A program made the position numbers and the translations under genes. Below, piece after piece: positions 49,140 through 59,931 of a DNA stretch of 64,000 bases (position 1 is the first letter of the stretch; each line of letters opens with the position of its first letter). Below the pieces are notes generated by a model that saw nothing but the letters and a program-made list of their open reading frames with translations, searched no databases and was not told the DNA's origin. Source of the DNA: Candidatus Nomurabacteria bacterium (lineage in GTDB: Bacteria; Patescibacteriota; Minisyncoccia; Phycocordibacterales; CAIZLB01); contig CALRFG010000002.1 of assembly GCA_943356525.1 (NCBI GenBank), positions 27,783 to 91,782 of the forward strand, in the 5' to 3' direction.

Positions 49140-49973
49140 ATGGAAAAAATAAATCTTATAAAACAAAAAGCTAAAGACATTCGTATATCAATCATAGAGA
49201 TGCTTTTTAAGGCTAAATCAGGTCATTCAGCAGGTCCTTTGGGTATGTCTGATATTTTTGCCACACTTTATTTTTCTGAGATGAAATATGATGCAAAAAA
49301 TCCATTTTGGGAACAAAGAGACAGATTAGTTTTATCAAACGGTCACATATGTCCCGTATTGTATGCCTCCATGGCTCATGCTGGATACTTTGACATAGAA
49401 AAGCTGTTTACCTTGAGACAATTCGGTTCTATATTGCAAGGTCATCCACACAGAGAATTTTTACCAGCGCTTGAAAATAGTTCTGGACCACTTGGGTCAG
49501 GACTATCACAGGCTGTAGGTATGGCCATAGCGGATAAAAGTGATTATAAAGACAATAAAACACGATACATTTACTGCCTTATTTCAGACGGTGAACAAAA
49601 CGAAGGTCAGACTTGGGAAGCGGCGTTGCTTGCGCCACGTGAAAATCTCGATAATCTAATAGTTATAGTTGATAGAAATTATATACAAATAGATGGAAAT
49701 ACAGAAACGGTTTTACCTTTAGATCCTATGGATAAAAAATGGGAAGCGTTTAACTGGCATGTACAAACTATAGATGGTCATAATATACAAAAGATTATTG
49801 ATGCCATATCTTTAGCTAAAAGAACTTTAAATAAACCATCTATAATTATCGCGAATACAATACCAGGAAAAGGAGTTTCGTTTATGGAGCGGGATTACAA
49901 ATGGCATGGAAAAGCACCAAATTTTGAAGAATCAGAAAAGGCTTTGATAGAATTAAGATCTATAAGTATTTAA
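49140..49973 (+). CDS. transketolase N-terminal (TPP-binding) subunit
   Basis: GHSAGPLGMSDI; no C-terminal subunit adjacent. Confidence 0.8.
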   Translation: MEKINLIKQKAKDIRISIIEMLFKAKSGHSAGPLGMSDIFATLYFSEMKYDAKNPFWEQRDRLVLSNGHICPVLYASMAHAGYFDIEKLFTLRQFGSILQGHPHREFLPALENSSGPLGSGLSQAVGMAIADKSDYKDNKTRYIYCLISDGEQNEGQTWEAALLAPRENLDNLIVIVDRNYIQIDGNTETVLPLDPMDKKWEAFNWHVQTIDGHNIQKIIDAISLAKRTLNKPSIIIANTIPGKGVSFMERDYKWHGKAPNFEESEKALIELRSISI

Positions 49974-50013
49974 ATATATAAAGTATAAAATTAAAGTATA
50001 AAATTATTTAATT

Positions 50014-50793
50014 ATGACTACTCAATATATTTATAAAACTAAAAATTTTGAAGGACCTCTAGATATATTATTAACTCTTATTGAAAAAAGAAAATTACTT
50101 ATAAATCAAGTAGCACTTTCTGTTATAACTGAGGATTTTATAGAATTTATAAAAAGTATGGATAATGAAGATGAATTTTATCTAAAACATAAAACACAGT
50201 TTTTGTCTATTGCCTCGGTCTTAATTCTAATAAAGTCAAAGTCATTATTACCAAATTTAGAAGTCACAACTGAGGAAAATGTAGAAATAGAAGATCTTGA
50301 AAGAAGGTTAAAGATTTTGACCTTGATGCGTGAATACGGTCAAAAAATAGAAACAATGTTCAATAAAAATAATTTATATTTTCAAGGTAATTTTAAAAAA
50401 GACATAGTTATTTTTACGCCAGGTGAGGATATTAATTTTCAAAATATAAAAGAATCAATTTTCAAAATATTATCTAAGATTCCAAAGATAGAAAAAGAGG
50501 TAGAAAAAATAAAACTTAAAAAATCTATTAGCATTGAACAGATGATGGAAAAATTATCTGATAGACTTAGTAATGCTTTTACTTTCAAATTTACAAATTT
50601 TTCAGGTCATCTAAGCAAAAATTTCAAAAACGATGAAGAATTTAAAGAACATAAAAAACATGTAGTTTTAAGTTTCCTTGCACTTTTAGAGCTTATAAAA
50701 CAAAATATGATTTTGGCTAATCAGAATAATCTATTTGAAGACATAGATGTGGAAAGCTTAAAAGCTAACACACCTCAATATGGTAATATATAG
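50014..50793 (+). CDS. scpA: segregation and condensation protein A
   Basis: family similarity. Confidence 0.8.
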   Translation: MTTQYIYKTKNFEGPLDILLTLIEKRKLLINQVALSVITEDFIEFIKSMDNEDEFYLKHKTQFLSIASVLILIKSKSLLPNLEVTTEENVEIEDLERRLKILTLMREYGQKIETMFNKNNLYFQGNFKKDIVIFTPGEDINFQNIKESIFKILSKIPKIEKEVEKIKLKKSISIEQMMEKLSDRLSNAFTFKFTNFSGHLSKNFKNDEEFKEHKKHVVLSFLALLELIKQNMILANQNNLFEDIDVESLKANTPQYGNI

Positions 50794-50828
50794 AGTGTTA
50801 ATATATAGAATGAAATAATATAAAAAAT

Positions 50829-51380
50829 ATGAATAACACACACAACAAAATAGCCCAAAAAATAGAAGCCTTCCTTTTTTTTCAAGGAGAACCTGTAACA
50901 TCTAAAGCTTTGTCTAAAGCTTTAGACATAGATAATGATAGTATTGAAGGCGGTTTAGCTATATTGGCTCAAAGGTCAGAGACTGACTCAGGTATAGTTT
51001 TGATACGCTATGATGACATGATAACACTTGGAACCCATATGGATGTCAATGATTTTATAGAAAAAATGATCAAAGATGATTTGCAAAAGGAGTTAAGCAA
51101 ATCAGCGCTAGAAACTTTAGCTATTATTCTTTATCAAGGCCCGGTTAAAAGAGCGGATATAGATTATGTAAGAGGTGTGAACTCTCAGTTTATATTAAGA
51201 AATTTACTTATACGTGGACTTATTACACGTGTCGATGATCCGTCAGACGAAAGAGCTTTTTTGTATAGACCTTCTTTGGAGTTGATGGCATTTTTAGGTA
51301 TAACTAATATACATCAGTTACCTGAATATGATGAGGTTATAAGTAAATTATCAGGGTTTAAGTCTGAATCAAAAGAATAA
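50829..51380 (+). CDS. scpB: segregation and condensation protein B
   Basis: family similarity. Confidence 0.8.
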   Translation: MNNTHNKIAQKIEAFLFFQGEPVTSKALSKALDIDNDSIEGGLAILAQRSETDSGIVLIRYDDMITLGTHMDVNDFIEKMIKDDLQKELSKSALETLAIILYQGPVKRADIDYVRGVNSQFILRNLLIRGLITRVDDPSDERAFLYRPSLELMAFLGITNIHQLPEYDEVISKLSGFKSESKE

Positions 51381-51388
51381 TTAGTAAC

Positions 51389-52192
51389 ATGGATTATACA
51401 AAAGGTTTCAAATATATAGTTTTTTATGTATTTATTTCATCTATATTTCTATCTATAACAGTTTATGTTTTACAAAATTATCAAAAAAATCAAAATATTT
51501 TTTCACAAAATTTAAAAAAAATTAAAAATACCCAAGATAATTTTCAGAAAATTATAGATAATACAGCCGCAAAAGGTGTTTTAGTTTATGATTTAAGCCA
51601 AGATAAGATTTTAGCCAGTAAAAATGTAAATAAAGTGTATTCACTTGCTTCTCTGACTAAGATAATCACAGCCGTTGCGGTATATGAGAAAGATAAAAAT
51701 CTGTTAAGTGAAATACGTAATATGCTCAAAACATCTTCAAATCCTGAGGCTGAAAAATTGGCTTTAGTTTTAGGTCCTGATGAGAAGTCTCAGGTTACAT
51801 ATATTAATAATTTTACCAAAAAATATAATCTAAATTTTAGAAATGTTTCAGGATTAGACATTGATATTGATAATCAAGGCTCTAGAATCACAGGGGGTGA
51901 GGGTAGTCTTATCGATTTAATAAATTTTGTAAAAGATTTTTATCCAAAATACCCAGAGCTTTTTGATGAAACTATATTAAAAGATAATAATACAAATATC
52001 ATAACAGATGATCTTAATTTTCTTACAATAAGTAAAACTGGCTTTACTAGTCTGTCAGGCGGAAACCTCCTTGTTGGTGTTCAAAAAGGCTTGAACAGAG
52101 AAATTTTTATATTAGTTTTAAATTCAACAGAAAAAAACAGATTTGTCGATGTTCAAAACATAGCTAATTTCTTGCTACAATCAAGTATATGA
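51389..52192 (+). CDS. serine-type D-Ala-D-Ala carboxypeptidase / low-MW PBP family
   Basis: SLTK (SxxK), SSN (SxN), KTG motifs in order. Confidence 0.7.
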   Translation: MDYTKGFKYIVFYVFISSIFLSITVYVLQNYQKNQNIFSQNLKKIKNTQDNFQKIIDNTAAKGVLVYDLSQDKILASKNVNKVYSLASLTKIITAVAVYEKDKNLLSEIRNMLKTSSNPEAEKLALVLGPDEKSQVTYINNFTKKYNLNFRNVSGLDIDIDNQGSRITGGEGSLIDLINFVKDFYPKYPELFDETILKDNNTNIITDDLNFLTISKTGFTSLSGGNLLVGVQKGLNREIFILVLNSTEKNRFVDVQNIANFLLQSSI

Positions 52193-53274
52193 TATTATAT
52201 GCACTAAAAGTTTTACTACCAACACTCTTGTCTTTCATTGTTGGCATAATGATTACACCATTTTTAACTAGTTTTATGTATAAACATAAGATGTGGAAAA
52301 AGAAATCACGTAGTACTGAAAACACTGAAGCTATATCGGAAGACTTTAAAAAAATACATAATGAAAATGAAGAAGTGAATACACCTCGTATTGGTGGTGT
52401 TATAGTTTGGCTATCTATACTTATAACCATCATCCTTACACTATTGTTTCAATTTATTGCTAAGGATTATATAAGCTATGATCATGTTATCGCACACAAC
52501 ATATTAGATAAGCTAAATTTCTTTTCAAGAAATCAAACTGCAATAGTTGTAGCTGCCCTTATTGCTGGATCTATTTTTGGACTTATAGATGATTTACTAC
52601 AGATATATGGTAGGGATTTAAAACTCGGGGACGGCATATCAAGAAAGACAAGGATATTTTTTGTACTTCTTATATCTTCTATCGGGGCTTATTGGTTTTA
52701 TGCAAAGCTTGGGATGGATAGTGTTCATATACCTTTCGGTTCCGAACTATACATCGGTTTTGGTTTTGTTTTCTTATTCTTGTTTGTCACACTAGCTATA
52801 TTCTCGGGCGGTATAATAGACGGTATAGACGGCTTAGCTGCTGGGGTTTTGATACCAGCGTTTACGGCATACACTCTTATAGCATTTTCAAACATGCAAT
52901 ATGACCTAGCGGCTTTAGGTGGTGCTATCATAGGAGGTTTGTTAGCGTTTTTATGGTTTAATATACCGCCGGCCAGATTTTATCTCGGTGAAACAGGTAT
53001 GCTCGGACTCACTATAGTTTTATCTATGTTTGCTTTTCTTACAAATGAGGTTTTAGTTTTAGCTATTATAGCGTTTCCACTGCTTATAACATCGGCATCA
53101 TCATCTATACAAATGTTTTCTAAAAAATATTTTCATAAAAAAGTTTTCAGAGTAGCACCGCTACATCATCATTTTCAGGCTATAGGTTGGTCATCACCTC
53201 GTGTTACGATGAGGTACTGGGTTATATCAATTATTTGCTCAGTAACTGGAGTAGTGATAGCTCTTTTGTCGTAA
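52189..53274 (+). CDS. mraY: phospho-N-acetylmuramoyl-pentapeptide transferase
   Basis: GT4 family. Confidence 0.85.
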   Translation: MILYALKVLLPTLLSFIVGIMITPFLTSFMYKHKMWKKKSRSTENTEAISEDFKKIHNENEEVNTPRIGGVIVWLSILITIILTLLFQFIAKDYISYDHVIAHNILDKLNFFSRNQTAIVVAALIAGSIFGLIDDLLQIYGRDLKLGDGISRKTRIFFVLLISSIGAYWFYAKLGMDSVHIPFGSELYIGFGFVFLFLFVTLAIFSGGIIDGIDGLAAGVLIPAFTAYTLIAFSNMQYDLAALGGAIIGGLLAFLWFNIPPARFYLGETGMLGLTIVLSMFAFLTNEVLVLAIIAFPLLITSASSSIQMFSKKYFHKKVFRVAPLHHHFQAIGWSSPRVTMRYWVISIICSVTGVVIALLS

Positions 53275-53288
53275 ATATAATCTAAATC

Positions 53289-54458
53289 ATGTTTAATTTT
53301 CTAAAAAAAATAAAAAATAATAAAGTAAAGAAATCAAAAACCCTAGCCAAGATAGAATATGGTGTGGATAAACCTTTTTTAATAATAACATTTATATTAA
53401 TTAGCGCTGGCCTGATTATATTTTCATCAGCCATAATCATGTTGATCGGTAATGCAAAATACGATACAGTTCGCTTCAATCAATATGGTTTAGGTCTAAT
53501 AGGAGGTCTAATAGCAATGTTTATCTGCTATAAGATACCTATAACATTTTACAGAAAATACGCTTTCTACATTTACCTCGCATCTGCTGTATTAATGATT
53601 TTAGTTTTTATTCCAGGTTTAGGTATATCTCACGGAGGGGCTCGGCGTTGGGTAGAGCTTTTTGGCATAAGATTTCAACCTGCAGAGTTTTATAAAATAG
53701 GAGTTATACTATATATATCACTGTGGCTGATGAAGGACTTTGGTAAAAAGTTGGACTTACGTAAAAACTTTTATAGTAGAACTTTACCATTGATCTCTAT
53801 ACTCGGTATAAGTTCTATATTATTTTTATTACAACCTGATACTGATATATTAGGGGTTATTTGTTTATCGGGTGTTATTTTATATTTATTATCTGGTGGT
53901 AATTTTAAAGATATGTTTGTTTTAGGTATTATAGGTGTTATAGCTTTAGGTATAATAGTCTTTTCAAGGCCATATGTTATGAAGAGAGTTCAGATTTTTT
54001 TGAATCCAAGTTTAGACCCAACTGGAGCAGGGTATCAATTTCAACAATCACTCATAGCTATAGGGTCCGGTGGTATTGTTGGTCGAGGTTATGGGCAAAG
54101 TATACAAAAGTTCAAATATTTACCGGAGCCTATTGGTGACTCTATATTCGCAGTTTCAGCTGAAGATTTTGGTTTTATCGGCACGACATTTTTGATAATA
54201 CTATATCTGGTATTTTTAATGCGTGGTTTTAAACTTGCTGTTAAATCATCTTCTTATGGTTCTTTGGTTATAGTTGGCTTACTCTGTCTTATTGTTATAC
54301 AGTCTTTTGTAAATATGAGTGCTATGATGGGTATGTTACCACTCTCAGGTACACCACTTATATTTGTTAGTCAAGGAGGTACATCACTTCTCATATCACT
54401 TATGTCTATTGGTATTATATTATCTGCCTCAAGAGAAAAAAAACTAGGGGTAAAATAG
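53289..54458 (+). CDS. ftsW: SEDS-family cell division/elongation protein (FtsW/RodA)
   Basis: family similarity. Confidence 0.85.
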   Translation: MFNFLKKIKNNKVKKSKTLAKIEYGVDKPFLIITFILISAGLIIFSSAIIMLIGNAKYDTVRFNQYGLGLIGGLIAMFICYKIPITFYRKYAFYIYLASAVLMILVFIPGLGISHGGARRWVELFGIRFQPAEFYKIGVILYISLWLMKDFGKKLDLRKNFYSRTLPLISILGISSILFLLQPDTDILGVICLSGVILYLLSGGNFKDMFVLGIIGVIALGIIVFSRPYVMKRVQIFLNPSLDPTGAGYQFQQSLIAIGSGGIVGRGYGQSIQKFKYLPEPIGDSIFAVSAEDFGFIGTTFLIILYLVFLMRGFKLAVKSSSYGSLVIVGLLCLIVIQSFVNMSAMMGMLPLSGTPLIFVSQGGTSLLISLMSIGIILSASREKKLGVK

Positions 54459-54494
54459 CAAAAACCTCTAACTCCGTGTATAATTTAAAATATT

Positions 54495-55634
54495 ATGAAA
54501 ATAGTTATAACAGGTGGTGGTACAGGTGGTCACTTTTATCCATTGTTGGCCGTAATAGATGCAATAAAACAAGAATGTAGAGATCAAAAGATTTTAGATC
54601 CACATTTGTACTACACAGGTCCAAACCCGTACAATGCAAAAGAGTTATTTGATAGAGATATAAGGTTTATATATATACCAGCTGGAAAAAAAAGAATAAA
54701 CCCTACAGGTATGGCTATAATAAATAATTTTATAGATATATTTCGTATGGGTTTTGGTGTTTGTATAGCCCTTGTAAAAATATTTTCAATATTTCCCGAT
54801 GTTATTTTTGCAAAAGGGGGTTATAGTAGTTTTCCAACTTTATTTGCTGCAAAAGTTTTAGGTATACCTGTGATAATACATGAATCAGATTCAGTTCCTG
54901 GGCGTGTAAATCTTTGGGCAGCAAAGTTTGCTCAAAAAATTGCTATTTCGTTTAGAGAATCAGCTGAGTATTTTGACCCAAAAAAAACTGCTTATACTGG
55001 TCAACCTGTTAGAGGAGAGTTGATTACACCAATCAAGGTTGGTGCCTATGAATATCTAAATCTGAACCCTGAACTAAAAACAATATCAGTTTTAGGTGGG
55101 TCACTTGGTGCACAAAAGATAAATGATATTATTGTACAAGTTTTACCTGAATTGATTAAAAAGTATCAAGTTATACATCAAACAGGAAGAGCTAACTTTG
55201 AAATAGTTAAAGGTATGGCTAAGTTGACGTTGGAGGGCTCCACAAACCCTGAAAGATATAAACCTATGGATTATCTAAACATGATGTCTATGCGTATGCT
55301 AGGCGGTATATCAGACATTATTATATCCAGATCAGGTTCAGGCTTGTTTGAAATAGCGACTTGGGGAGTTCCTTCTATACTTATACCTATAACTGATTCT
55401 AACGGAGATCATCAAAGGAAAAATGCTTTTAACTATTCTCGTTCTGGCGCATGTGAAGTTATTGAGGAATCAAATCTTTCGGGACAAATACTTATAAATG
55501 AAATAAACAGAATATTATCTAATTCACAAATACAAGAAAAGATGCGTTCATCAGCTAAGACCTTTTCAACCCCAGATGCTGCAAAAACTATAGCCCACGA
55601 GGTATTAAACATAGCTTTGAGTCATGAGGTTTAA
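54495..55634 (+). CDS. murG: UDP-GlcNAc:lipid I GlcNAc transferase
   Basis: GGGTGGHFYP. Confidence 0.88.
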   Translation: MKIVITGGGTGGHFYPLLAVIDAIKQECRDQKILDPHLYYTGPNPYNAKELFDRDIRFIYIPAGKKRINPTGMAIINNFIDIFRMGFGVCIALVKIFSIFPDVIFAKGGYSSFPTLFAAKVLGIPVIIHESDSVPGRVNLWAAKFAQKIAISFRESAEYFDPKKTAYTGQPVRGELITPIKVGAYEYLNLNPELKTISVLGGSLGAQKINDIIVQVLPELIKKYQVIHQTGRANFEIVKGMAKLTLEGSTNPERYKPMDYLNMMSMRMLGGISDIIISRSGSGLFEIATWGVPSILIPITDSNGDHQRKNAFNYSRSGACEVIEESNLSGQILINEINRILSNSQIQEKMRSSAKTFSTPDAAKTIAHEVLNIALSHEV

Positions 55635-55767
55635 TTATTTGCATTGCTGTTTTTAACGTGGTATATTTTATAGGTCCTGTTCATTATGATATCATCCTTG
55701 AGTTAGGGTGATTTTTCTTTGAATTGGTTTACAGATAAACAACAATAAAAATTAAAGTTAAACAGAT

Positions 55768-56253
55768 ATGAAAACTACCATGGCTGGTACAAGCACTGAG
55801 CGTTCAAGAAAAAGTAATCTAAACCTTAAACAATATCAATCTTCTCATGTGGGAAGACGCAAAATTGTGCAAAAGGTATCATTGGGTTTTGGTCTAATCG
55901 GCCTGATTATTCCTCTAGGTTCTGAACCTGAAAAAAGAGTCGACGAACTGATTGATGTAATGGCAGATGCTGTTCTGGATTGGGACGTCGTTCCTTTGGG
56001 AATGATGGAACAAATAAGGGACAAGGTGTCCATGTCTGGGATCTTACTGATAGATCCGGAAATTAATCTTTTTGATGTTGCCGTTCCTCTCAGAAAGGCA
56101 GATCAGCGCAGAAATTATTTCCACTGGAACAAAATTATAACAGACTGGGAAGTGCGGCGCATCAATTTCAACAACTTGAAGATTGAATGCGCGGCCGCGA
56201 TGCTGATCGTTAAAGAAAAAGAAAAAACAAAGAGTAAAAAAGCGGTAGCCTAA
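55768..56253 (+). CDS. hypothetical protein, higher-GC insert within dcw block
   Basis: 161-aa ORF; compositionally distinct; followed by terminator. Confidence 0.5.
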   Translation: MKTTMAGTSTERSRKSNLNLKQYQSSHVGRRKIVQKVSLGFGLIGLIIPLGSEPEKRVDELIDVMADAVLDWDVVPLGMMEQIRDKVSMSGILLIDPEINLFDVAVPLRKADQRRNYFHWNKIITDWEVRRINFNNLKIECAAAMLIVKEKEKTKSKKAVA

Positions 56254-56286
56254 ACAACTACCTTGAAATAACTCAAAACTAAAAAT

Positions 56287-56326
56287 GCTGACTCGATTTA
56301 GATCGAGTCAGCTATTTATTTTTATT
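56287..56326 (+). terminator. rho-independent terminator
   Basis: GCTGACTCGAT-TTAG-ATCGAGTCAGC + T-run. Confidence 0.7.
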
Positions 56327-56451
56327 TACTTTTACTAAATTATCCACAATTATGTGGTTTTTTTAATTTCCGGTATTTGCAAATGTGATAGAGTGGTATA
56401 TAATGGTATGTAGTGGGATAAAGTGTCATAGCTTTAAAAATTATAAAAATT

Positions 56452-56910
56452 ATGTTTATTGGAGAATTTACACACACATTGGATGATAAAAAAAGACTAT
56501 CTCTTCCATCAAAGTTCCGAAAAGAACTTGGAAAAAAAGTGATAATAACACACGGACTCGACAACTGTTTGTTTATGTTTACTTTGCCACAATGGAGTAA
56601 GATTGCAGAACAACTTGGAAATTCATCAATAGGTAATGCTGATGCACGTGGTTTCAATAGAATCATGTTAGCAGGTGCTGTAGAAATAGAGATAGATACT
56701 GCTGGTAGAGTTCTTATTCCAGATTTCTTAAGACAATATGCTGGAGTAACTTCAGTTGAAGATAAGAAAGAGGTAACAAAACTTGTTTTTGCTGGAGTGC
56801 ATACACGTATTGAAATCTGGGAAGAGAAAAAGTGGAAATCATATAAAGAAAAAATACTAAAACAGGCTGACAGTTTAGCAGCTAAGTTGAGTTCTATAGG
56901 AGCAATATAA
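56452..56910 (+). CDS. mraZ: transcriptional regulator MraZ
   Basis: family similarity. Confidence 0.9.
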   Translation: MFIGEFTHTLDDKKRLSLPSKFRKELGKKVIITHGLDNCLFMFTLPQWSKIAEQLGNSSIGNADARGFNRIMLAGAVEIEIDTAGRVLIPDFLRQYAGVTSVEDKKEVTKLVFAGVHTRIEIWEEKKWKSYKEKILKQADSLAAKLSSIGAI

Positions 56911-56911
56911 A

Positions 56912-57841
56912 ATGACTAGACATATACCAGTTTTAGCAAAAGAGATATATGAAAATCTTATCATTAATAATAAGAATGATTCTGAAAAGTATTATCACTT
57001 AGATTGTAATTTTGGTGACGGGGGACATGTGGAATATTTTATAGAAAATTTGTTGAAATCTGACAAATATAAAAAAATCTTTATTTATGCTCTTGATTTA
57101 GATCAAGAAGCTATTGTACGCGGTAAAGATTTTTTGAAAAAATATAAAGATAACAATAAACTTTCGATAACTATAATACAGGGCAACTTCGCTAATATTA
57201 CAGATTTAATCAAAGATATAAAATTTGACAGTGTACTATTTGATCTAGGTTTATCGACCTATCAATTATCAGGTGCGGGCCGAGGGTTCTCATTTAAATA
57301 CGATGAAAAGTTAGACATGAGATTCTCAACATTACCCGCAAATGAAGGTGAGTTAACAGCCTATGACATAGTTAACTTTTGGTCACTCGACAATATCTGT
57401 TTGATACTTAGACAATATGCAGATGAAAAATCGGCTTGGCGTATAGCTAACAAACTCGTTGAAGTCCGAGAACACAAAAAAATCGAAACTTCAGGTGAAT
57501 TGGCAGACATTATACAAAATCAAGTTTTTAAAGGTGGTAAAGGTAAGATTCATCCAGCGACTAAAACTTTCCAAGCTTTAAGGATAGCGGTAAATGCAGA
57601 GCTACAAGTTCTTGATCAGGGTTTAAAAGGTACTTACGATGTATTAAATAAAAATGGATGTATAGCAGTTATAAGTTACCATAGTCTGGAGGATGTGATA
57701 GTTAAGCAGTATTTTAAGGATTTAGAAAAAAATGACAAAGGTATGAGAGTGAATAAAAAAATAATAATACCAACAGATGAAGAAATAAAAGAAAATCCAA
57801 AATCCCGTAGTGCTAAGTTAAGAATTTTTAAAAAAATATAA
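56912..57841 (+). CDS. rsmH: 16S rRNA m4C1402 methyltransferase
   Basis: family similarity. Confidence 0.9.
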   Translation: MTRHIPVLAKEIYENLIINNKNDSEKYYHLDCNFGDGGHVEYFIENLLKSDKYKKIFIYALDLDQEAIVRGKDFLKKYKDNNKLSITIIQGNFANITDLIKDIKFDSVLFDLGLSTYQLSGAGRGFSFKYDEKLDMRFSTLPANEGELTAYDIVNFWSLDNICLILRQYADEKSAWRIANKLVEVREHKKIETSGELADIIQNQVFKGGKGKIHPATKTFQALRIAVNAELQVLDQGLKGTYDVLNKNGCIAVISYHSLEDVIVKQYFKDLEKNDKGMRVNKKIIIPTDEEIKENPKSRSAKLRIFKKI

Positions 57842-57853
57842 ATAAAATATAAA

Positions 57854-58165
57854 ATGAAAAATATAAAAGATAATAAATTAGAAAATAATATCTATAAATT
57901 GTGTAGCATAGCAATGGTTGTTCTGTTAAGTTTTTCTTATATTATTTGTATATATAAAACAGTAGTTTTAGCATCTGATTCAGAGATAAATAATAAAAAA
58001 ATAGCTTTATTAGAAGCTGAAGTTAATCAAAAAGAGTTTGAATATATTAGTCTGGTTTCAGATATAGATTTAAATAAAGCTACAGGCTTGGGTTATGTTA
58101 AAAATAATGAAGATGTTATTGCGTATTTTGATATAAAAGATAATAGTGAATTTGCCATAAGATAA
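57854..58165 (+). CDS. ftsL: FtsL-like cell division protein
   Basis: small bitopic protein between rsmH and ftsI. Confidence 0.55.
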   Translation: MKNIKDNKLENNIYKLCSIAMVVLLSFSYIICIYKTVVLASDSEINNKKIALLEAEVNQKEFEYISLVSDIDLNKATGLGYVKNNEDVIAYFDIKDNSEFAIR

Positions 58166-59919
58166 TGTTTACTTTTACAAATAGAATTAGAGTATTATCT
58201 TTAATATTTATTTGTATAGCTTGTATTCTTGTTATAAAGCTTTATATTGTTCAAGTGGTAAATCATGAAAATTATCTAAATCTAGGTGATAGACAATATA
58301 TTAAAAAAAATTCAAATATTAATGATAGAGGTGATATATTTTTTACAAAAAAAGATGGTTCGCATATAGTTGCTGCTACAATGAAAGATGATTACACTTT
58401 GTATATAAATCCAAAATCTTTTTATAAAATAATGGGAACAAAAACTGAAAATCAAGCTCTTGCTGATTTAAAGAATAAAGTCTCTGCTTTGTTGAAATTG
58501 GATAAAGATGAGATTCTGGATTTGGATACAAAGGTTTTGAAAATAAAAGATAAGAAAAACGATGTGTATTTTGAGTTAATAAAAGGTTTAGATGAAAATG
58601 ATCAAATCCTTATAAAAGAATTGAAGTTAGATTTTCTTGGTTTAGGTAAAGAAAAAAAGAGATATTATCCAGGTAATGAGCTAGCTTCAAATGTTATAGG
58701 GACAATAGGTTTCAAAGTTGATATTATTGCTGGACGTTACGGTTTAGAAAAACAATATGAAAATACATTAGCTAGACACAGTAAAGCTTACAGTAATTTT
58801 TTTGTAGATCTTTTTTCAAATGCAAAAAAAGTTATATCTGACAAAGGTAGTCTTGAGGGAAATATATATACAACCATAGAACCAGCTGTACAGAAAGAAT
58901 TGGAGAAAAAAGTCTTACAAATAAACAATAAACAAAGTTCTGATTTGACTGGGGCCATAATTATGGATCCCTATACAGGTGAGATAATAGCTATGGCAAA
59001 AGCACCAACTTTTTCTCATGATGATAATAAAGATTTTGATATTTCAAACTATAAAAATGACATGGTGGAAAGTTCCTATGAAATGGGGTCCATCATAAAA
59101 CCATTGACAATGTCTGTGGGTATAGATACTGATAAAGTTCACGCTAACTCAACTTACAATGATGCTGGTTTTGTCAAAGTACGAGATCGTACAATGTATA
59201 ATTTTGATAAAAAAGCTAGAGGTCTTATAAGCTTGCAAACAGCATTATCACAATCACTAAACACTGGTTTTATTTACATAGCACGATTGGTTGGCAATGA
59301 TGTTATGACCAAATATTTTACCAGTTTTGGTATGCGGGAAAAAACAGGTATAGATTTACCAAATGAATCATCATCCTTAACCAATAACTTGGATAAGGGT
59401 GATGTAGAACATGCTAATATATCTTTTGGTCAAGGTATAGCCTTGAGTCCTGTTGGAACTATAAGAGCACTTGCTGTAATAGCAAACGGAGGTCATATTA
59501 TTCAGCCTCATGTTGTTAATGCTGTAAAATATGAAATCGGAAATACCGACAAAGTAAAGATAGAATCTTTGGATAATAAATCACCATTACTTAAGGCGTC
59601 AACAATAGAAGAGATAAAAAGTATGTTGGTTTACAATGTAGACAAGGTTTTACTTGATGGAAAAAGGAAAAATCCAAGATACAGTATAGCTGCTAAAACA
59701 GGTACAGCTCAGATTGCGTCGCAAAAGGGTGGGTATGTAGATGGTAAAAATATACATACTTTTATTGGATTTTTTCCGGCTTATCAACCAAAATTTATAG
59801 TATTCATTTACACGGTTGATCCCAAAGTCTCCAGATACGCTTCAGAATCTTTAGCTAATCCATTCTTAGATCTTAGTGACTTTTTGATACAATATTATGA
59901 GGTTCCTGCAGACAGATAA
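58165..59919 (+). CDS. ftsI: penicillin-binding protein (FtsI/PBP2 transpeptidase)
   Basis: SIIK, SLN, KTGT motifs. Confidence 0.88.
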   Translation: MFTFTNRIRVLSLIFICIACILVIKLYIVQVVNHENYLNLGDRQYIKKNSNINDRGDIFFTKKDGSHIVAATMKDDYTLYINPKSFYKIMGTKTENQALADLKNKVSALLKLDKDEILDLDTKVLKIKDKKNDVYFELIKGLDENDQILIKELKLDFLGLGKEKKRYYPGNELASNVIGTIGFKVDIIAGRYGLEKQYENTLARHSKAYSNFFVDLFSNAKKVISDKGSLEGNIYTTIEPAVQKELEKKVLQINNKQSSDLTGAIIMDPYTGEIIAMAKAPTFSHDDNKDFDISNYKNDMVESSYEMGSIIKPLTMSVGIDTDKVHANSTYNDAGFVKVRDRTMYNFDKKARGLISLQTALSQSLNTGFIYIARLVGNDVMTKYFTSFGMREKTGIDLPNESSSLTNNLDKGDVEHANISFGQGIALSPVGTIRALAVIANGGHIIQPHVVNAVKYEIGNTDKVKIESLDNKSPLLKASTIEEIKSMLVYNVDKVLLDGKRKNPRYSIAAKTGTAQIASQKGGYVDGKNIHTFIGFFPAYQPKFIVFIYTVDPKVSRYASESLANPFLDLSDFLIQYYEVPADR

Positions 59920-59931
59920 GGTGGTATTTTA

